Positions 60,134 through 64,000 of a stretch of DNA of 64,000 bases are shown piece after piece. A program made the position numbers and the translations under genes. The notes below the pieces were generated by a model. The model saw only the letters and a list, made by a program, of their open reading frames with translations, had not been told where the DNA came from and did no database searches. How positions within the stretch are numbered: the first letter of the stretch is position 1; each line of letters begins with the position of its first letter. The stretch covers positions 16,080-80,079 of the forward strand of contig CAVZAK010000036.1 in NCBI GenBank assembly GCA_963773165.1, written 5' to 3'. Source of the stretch: an uncultured Solirubrobacterales bacterium. Lineage in GTDB: Bacteria; Actinomycetota; Thermoleophilia; Solirubrobacterales; Solirubrobacteraceae.

Positions 60134-61138
60134 TCAGCCGGAATCGGATTGCAGCTGGGTCGGCGCCCGCTGGGGGGCCCCACCGTTGGCCTCTGGATCG
60201 ACCGGACTGAGGCCGTCGTCGACGTCGACATCTTCCGGCTCGAGCAACAGTCCCGACGCCTTGGCCGCCAGATCGAGCAGCACCGCGAAGTCGACCTCAT
60301 TGCCGTAAAGCGCTTCGGCTCCCTGGATGATCTGCTCGGTCGCTGCCGCCAGTGGCATCGATACGCCACGTGCGCGCGCGGCCTCGAGGCCCAGATGGAA
60401 GTCCTTGAGCAGCAGCTCCGGCGTGAACGTCGGGCTGAAGTCGAGATTGACGTACGCCGGCGTCTTGTACCGGGTGAACGTCGAGCCCATCACGCTGTCG
60501 TTGAGGAACTCGAGGAAGTCGGCCCGCGCAACGCCCCCCTTCTCGGCCAGCACGGTGACCTCCGCCATGCACTGCGCGACAACGCCGAGCATGAGGTTGT
60601 GGCAGATCTTCACGAGCCGGGCCGTCTCGCCCTCACCGCAGTAGGTCACGCTCCGGGCGAGGAGCTCCAGATAGGGCCGGGCCTGGAGCCACGCGTCGCG
60701 GGGACCCGACGCCACGATCGTCAACCGGCCACTCGCCACCACCTTGGGGTTGCCGCTCACCGGCGCCGCCAGCATCGCCGATCCGCGCCGCGCCGCCGCG
60801 TCGCGAATATCGGCCGCGACCGACGGCGAGATCGTCGTCGAGTCGACGATCACCCGGGGCACGACATCCTGCCGGGACAACAATCCGTCGGGGCCGGTCA
60901 CCACCGCCTCGACGTCTTCGTTTCCCGCCACCATCGTGAACACGATTTCTCGATCCGCGAGCTCCGCCGGCGATCCCACGATCGTCGCGCCGATGTCGGC
61001 CAGGGGCTGGGCCTTCGCCGGGGTGCGGTTGTAAACGCTGACATCGTGCCCGGCGTTCAGTAGCCGGGTGACAAGGGGCCTGCCCATGCGGCCAACGCCG
61101 ATCCAGCCCAGACGAGTGCGGCGATCGTCGCCGGTCAT
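60134..61138 (-). CDS. NAD(P)-dependent beta-hydroxyacid dehydrogenase family protein
   Basis: AAGGAG RBS; GVGRMG, YNRT, AAPVSGNP, VKICHNL, LLKDF. Confidence 0.88.
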   Translation of the reverse strand: MTGDDRRTRLGWIGVGRMGRPLVTRLLNAGHDVSVYNRTPAKAQPLADIGATIVGSPAELADREIVFTMVAGNEDVEAVVTGPDGLLSRQDVVPRVIVDSTTISPSVAADIRDAAARRGSAMLAAPVSGNPKVVASGRLTIVASGPRDAWLQARPYLELLARSVTYCGEGETARLVKICHNLMLGVVAQCMAEVTVLAEKGGVARADFLEFLNDSVMGSTFTRYKTPAYVNLDFSPTFTPELLLKDFHLGLEAARARGVSMPLAAATEQIIQGAEALYGNEVDFAVLLDLAAKASGLLLEPEDVDVDDGLSPVDPEANGGAPQRAPTQLQSDSG

Positions 61139-61146
61139 AAGCTCCT

Positions 61147-61160
61147 TGCAATCGTTTGCA
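61147..61160. promoter_or_regulatory. LacI-type operator TGCAATCGTTTGCA
   Basis: near-perfect palindrome with central CG, directly upstream of the dehydrogenase RBS in a divergent region. Confidence 0.75.
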
Positions 61161-61276
61161 GTAATATATCCAACCCCTTAGATAGCGTCAAGGAGGACAG
61201 GAGCCTGAGTCGATCAGGCCCGGCCCGCCACGCCGCAAACGAGGAACCAATGACCACGACATAGGATGGAGACGAG

Positions 61277-62638
61277 ATGGGACTTCGCAGCTACGGCGTC
61301 ATGGGCGTGGATTGGGAGGAGCGTGTCGACTACGAGCGGCTGCGAAGCGAGCGCCTGGAGCGGATCAAGCGGCTGCTGGCGGAGTCGGAGCTCGGCGCCT
61401 TGCTGTGCTTCGACATGCCGAACATCCGCTACATCACGGCGACGCATATCGGCACGTGGGCGGCCGACAAGCTCAACCGCTTCTGCCTGTTGCCGCAGGG
61501 CGATGAGCCGATCATGTGGGACTTCGGCTCGGCGGCGCGCCACCACCAGCTCTACAACCCCTGGCTCGGCGACGGCCGGTCTCGCGCTGGCATCTCGACG
61601 CTACGTGGCGCGATGTCTCCCGAGTCAGGCCGCGCCGAGGATGTGGCGCGGAAGATCCGGGTCGAGCTCGAGCAGCGAGGGCTGCTGAACGAGCCGGTCG
61701 GAATCGACGCGATCGAGCCGCCGGTGCTGTTCGCCCTCCAGCGCGAGGGCATCCAGGTCGCCGACGGCCAGCAGCTGATGCAGCAGGCCCGGGTCATCAA
61801 GACCCAGGACGAGATCACGCTCCTGAACATGGCGTGCGCGATGGTCGACGCGGCCTATGAGGAGCTATACCGCACGATGCGAGCCGGGATCCGTGAGAAC
61901 GACTGCGTGGCGCTCGTGAACAGGGTCCTGTACGAGATGGGCTCGGAATTCGTCGAGGGCGTCAACGCGATCTCCGGCGAACGGTGCAGCCCCCACCCGC
62001 ACGTCTTCACCGACCGGCCGCTTCGCCCCGGCGATCCCGCCTACTTCGACATTCTCCACAGTTACATGGGTTACCGCACGTGCTACTACCGGACGTTCGC
62101 GGTCGCCAGCGCATCGCGGCCGTTGATCGACGCCTACAAGCGCTGCCGCTACTACCTCGATGCTGCCATCGATCTGATCCGCCCGGGCGTGACCACGGCC
62201 GAGGTGGCGTCGGTCTGGCCGGCGGCCGGCGAGTTCGGATTCCCCGATGAGGAGGCGGCATTTGCGCTCCAGTTCGGACACGGCGTCGGCCTCTCGATCT
62301 GGGAGAAGCCGGTCTTCAGCCGTCTGGTCTCGCTCGAGCATCCGGAGGAGATCAAGGAGGGAATGGTGTTTGCGCTCGAGACGTTCTGGCCCGCCAGCGA
62401 CGGCTGGTCGGCCGCGCGGATCGAGGAGCAGCTCGTGGTCACCGCTGACGGCTGCGAGCTGATCACCCGGTTCCCGGCGGAGGACCTCCTGATCGCCGGC
62501 AAGCCGTACTTCACGGCCGGCGGCAGCCTTCCGCTGGCGCGCGACCGCCAGTCCAACCTCAACACCGAGCTCGACGCTGATACCCAGGAGGCCGTCCCGC
62601 GCGCCTCCCAAGAACTCGGTCAGCCGGCCCTGGACTGA
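61277..62638 (+). CDS. M24 (Xaa-Pro peptidase/creatinase fold) hydrolase
   Basis: NIRY, GHGVGL..WE.P, ALET, RIEE; second metal-ligand Asp replaced by Cys (YRTCYYRT). Confidence 0.85.
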   Translation: MGLRSYGVMGVDWEERVDYERLRSERLERIKRLLAESELGALLCFDMPNIRYITATHIGTWAADKLNRFCLLPQGDEPIMWDFGSAARHHQLYNPWLGDGRSRAGISTLRGAMSPESGRAEDVARKIRVELEQRGLLNEPVGIDAIEPPVLFALQREGIQVADGQQLMQQARVIKTQDEITLLNMACAMVDAAYEELYRTMRAGIRENDCVALVNRVLYEMGSEFVEGVNAISGERCSPHPHVFTDRPLRPGDPAYFDILHSYMGYRTCYYRTFAVASASRPLIDAYKRCRYYLDAAIDLIRPGVTTAEVASVWPAAGEFGFPDEEAAFALQFGHGVGLSIWEKPVFSRLVSLEHPEEIKEGMVFALETFWPASDGWSAARIEEQLVVTADGCELITRFPAEDLLIAGKPYFTAGGSLPLARDRQSNLNTELDADTQEAVPRASQELGQPALD

Positions 62639-62642
62639 GGCT

Positions 62643-63116
62643 CTAGCCCGGCTGGGGCGGCGGACCAGCGGCCGCCAGCACCGCCGCAACGATCCCTTCA
62701 TACCCGGTGCACCGGCACAGGTTCCCGGCCAGCTCCTCCCGGATCTCCCGCTCAGTTGGATTCGGGCGCCGGCGCAGGAACGCCTCTGCGGTCATCAGGA
62801 AGCCGGCCGTACAAAACCCACACTGGAGCGCGTGGTGCTCCCTGAACGATCGCTGGAGCACAGTCAGCTCCTCGCCCGGCGCCGCCAGCCCTTCGACGGT
62901 GCGCACCTGCCTCCCGTCTGCCTGGACCGCCAGCATCAGGCAGCTGCGCACCGGCTCGCCGTCGAGCTGGACTGTGCACGACCCGCAGGCACCGTGCTCG
63001 CACCCGACATGCGTCCCGGTCAGTCCTGCCTGGTGGCGGATGAAGTCCGACAGCAGCGTACGCGGCTCGACCTCGCCCCCATGCTGCGCGCCGTTGATCT
63101 CGACCGTGATCCTCAC
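62643..63116 (-). CDS. [2Fe-2S] subunit of a Mo-hydroxylase (CoxS/XdhA-like)
   Basis: GTG 63116 overlaps the upstream TGA; CEHGACGSC...C, CGFC, CRC. Confidence 0.92.
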   Translation of the reverse strand: MRITVEINGAQHGGEVEPRTLLSDFIRHQAGLTGTHVGCEHGACGSCTVQLDGEPVRSCLMLAVQADGRQVRTVEGLAAPGEELTVLQRSFREHHALQCGFCTAGFLMTAEAFLRRRPNPTEREIREELAGNLCRCTGYEGIVAAVLAAAGPPPQPG

Positions 63117-63912
63117 GCCACGATCTCCTCGAGCGCGCGCCGGACGAGCTCGGCGATGAGCGCTCGCCGGTAGCGATCCACGACGCCACGGGCAGCAAGA
63201 TCGCGCGACCGAAGCCACGTCGGCGCCTGCGATCAGCGCCTGTTCGGCCGCGACGGCCCGCGACGGCGCCGGGCCGGCCCCCAGCAACGCAATCGCCGCG
63301 TACTCGTCCGGCACAGTCAACGCCGCGACCGCGGCGACGGCGAAGTCCCCGTGCGTGGGTGCTTGCTCCACGAACGCGGTCCGGGCACCGTCCGGGACCG
63401 CCGGCACGACGATCTCCGACAGCAGCTCGTCGACCGCGAGCGCCGTCCGATACGAGCCCCGGAAGAAATCGCCGGCGCGCACCTCCCGCTCGCCGCGGAC
63501 CGAGACCAACCGGAACCGGGCATCCAGCGCCACCAGTGCGACGGGCAACTCCGCACAGGGATCGGCGTGGGCCGCCGAGCCGCCCACCGTCCCGCGGCTC
63601 CGCGTCGCCGTGTGGCCGACCATCGCCACCGCCTGCGCCAGCAAGCGGCCACCGGCGCGCGACCATCTCAGAGCGCTCGATCGAGAGCTGTCTAGTGAGC
63701 GCGCCGATGCGCAGCTCGCCCGACTGCTCGGACAGCTCCCCCAGCTCGGCGATCCCGTTGATGTCGACGAGCAGGCTGGGACGGACCTGGCGGAAGTTGA
63801 GCATCGGGACGAGGCTCTGGCCGCCGGCCAGCACGCGGGCGCCGTCACCCAGCAGCGCCAGCGCACCGGCGGACGTCCGTGGGGCCTCGTAGGCGAACGG
63901 GGCCGGCTTCAC
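63113..63912 (-). pseudogene. FAD-binding subunit (CoxM-like) with two apparent +1 frameshifts (about 63643 and 63207)
   Basis: AGGQSLVPMLNFR; RSRGTVGGSAAHADP in the second frame; DLAARG...RRALEEIVA in the third; 800-2 = 798 nt. Confidence 0.85.
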
Positions 63913-64000
63913 GCGCGGTCCCGATGAATCGCCCGCCAGAGCTTCTCGTCGGTGAACGGTGGATCTACATGGAAGCCACCCAGCGCGTCGACCACCGCAT
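63909..64000 (-). CDS. 3' end of a molybdopterin-binding large subunit (CoxL/XdhB-like), partial
   Basis: (N)AVVDALGGFHVDPPFTDEKLWRAIHRDRA*; TGA overlaps the GTG of the FAD subunit. Confidence 0.78.
   Translation of the reverse strand, partial: AVVDALGGFHVDPPFTDEKLWRAIHRDRA

Noticed and set aside
61277-62638. DMSP lyase DddP assignment, tempting given the SBP56 gene in the window
   Set aside because: The N-terminus is reminiscent, but the Asp-rich metal-binding segment is not conserved and SBP56 is 16 kb away
62643-64000. Aerobic CO dehydrogenase
   Set aside because: L-M-S order matches neither form I (MSL) nor form II (SLM), and the active-site loop of L lies outside the window

Overview
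This is a 64 kb, very GC-rich bacterial chromosomal segment. The gene content and secreted-protein architecture suggest Actinomycetota, probably Thermoleophilia/Solirubrobacterales (inference). I found no rRNA, tRNA, CRISPR array, integrase or transposase. Left to right it contains: (1) a DUF1269/small protein/MFS/SulP cluster next to a MalT-like LuxR regulator, with four copies of a TCACC-N2-GGTGA palindrome; (2) an operon of two very large uncharacterised beta-rich proteins (one with a Tat signal, one with no signal) plus an Ig-repeat surface protein; (3) a TOBE-regulator-linked operon joining a divergent TupA-like binding protein, a PKD surface protein, a MotA/ExbB + DUF2149 pair and a TupBBC-like ABC transporter; (4) an epimerase/HEAT-repeat/GT2 module followed by RR-HK-RR; (5) a structured 705-bp non-coding region between convergent genes; (6) an antiporter, HD-GYP and GGDEF/HD-GYP genes, an ABC-2 exporter, a G1 peptidase, HdeD, a Tat ferritin-like protein and a secreted protein; (7) SBP56 + CtaG-like, DUF2294, MFS-wHTH, beta-PGM + GH65, an anti-sigma-like ATPase, NAD kinase and NhaA-DsbA; (8) a catabolic cluster (carboxyltransferase, E1b/E1a/E2, beta-hydroxyacid dehydrogenase, M24-like hydrolase, Mo-hydroxylase L/M/S) with two LacI-type operators. 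Five apparent single-base frameshifts are probably assembly errors. The best candidates for an undescribed system are the MotA/DUF2149-TupABC-like operon (17171-24219) and the giant Tat-linked protein pair (6577-15284). Family assignments come from motif recognition only; no database searches were run.
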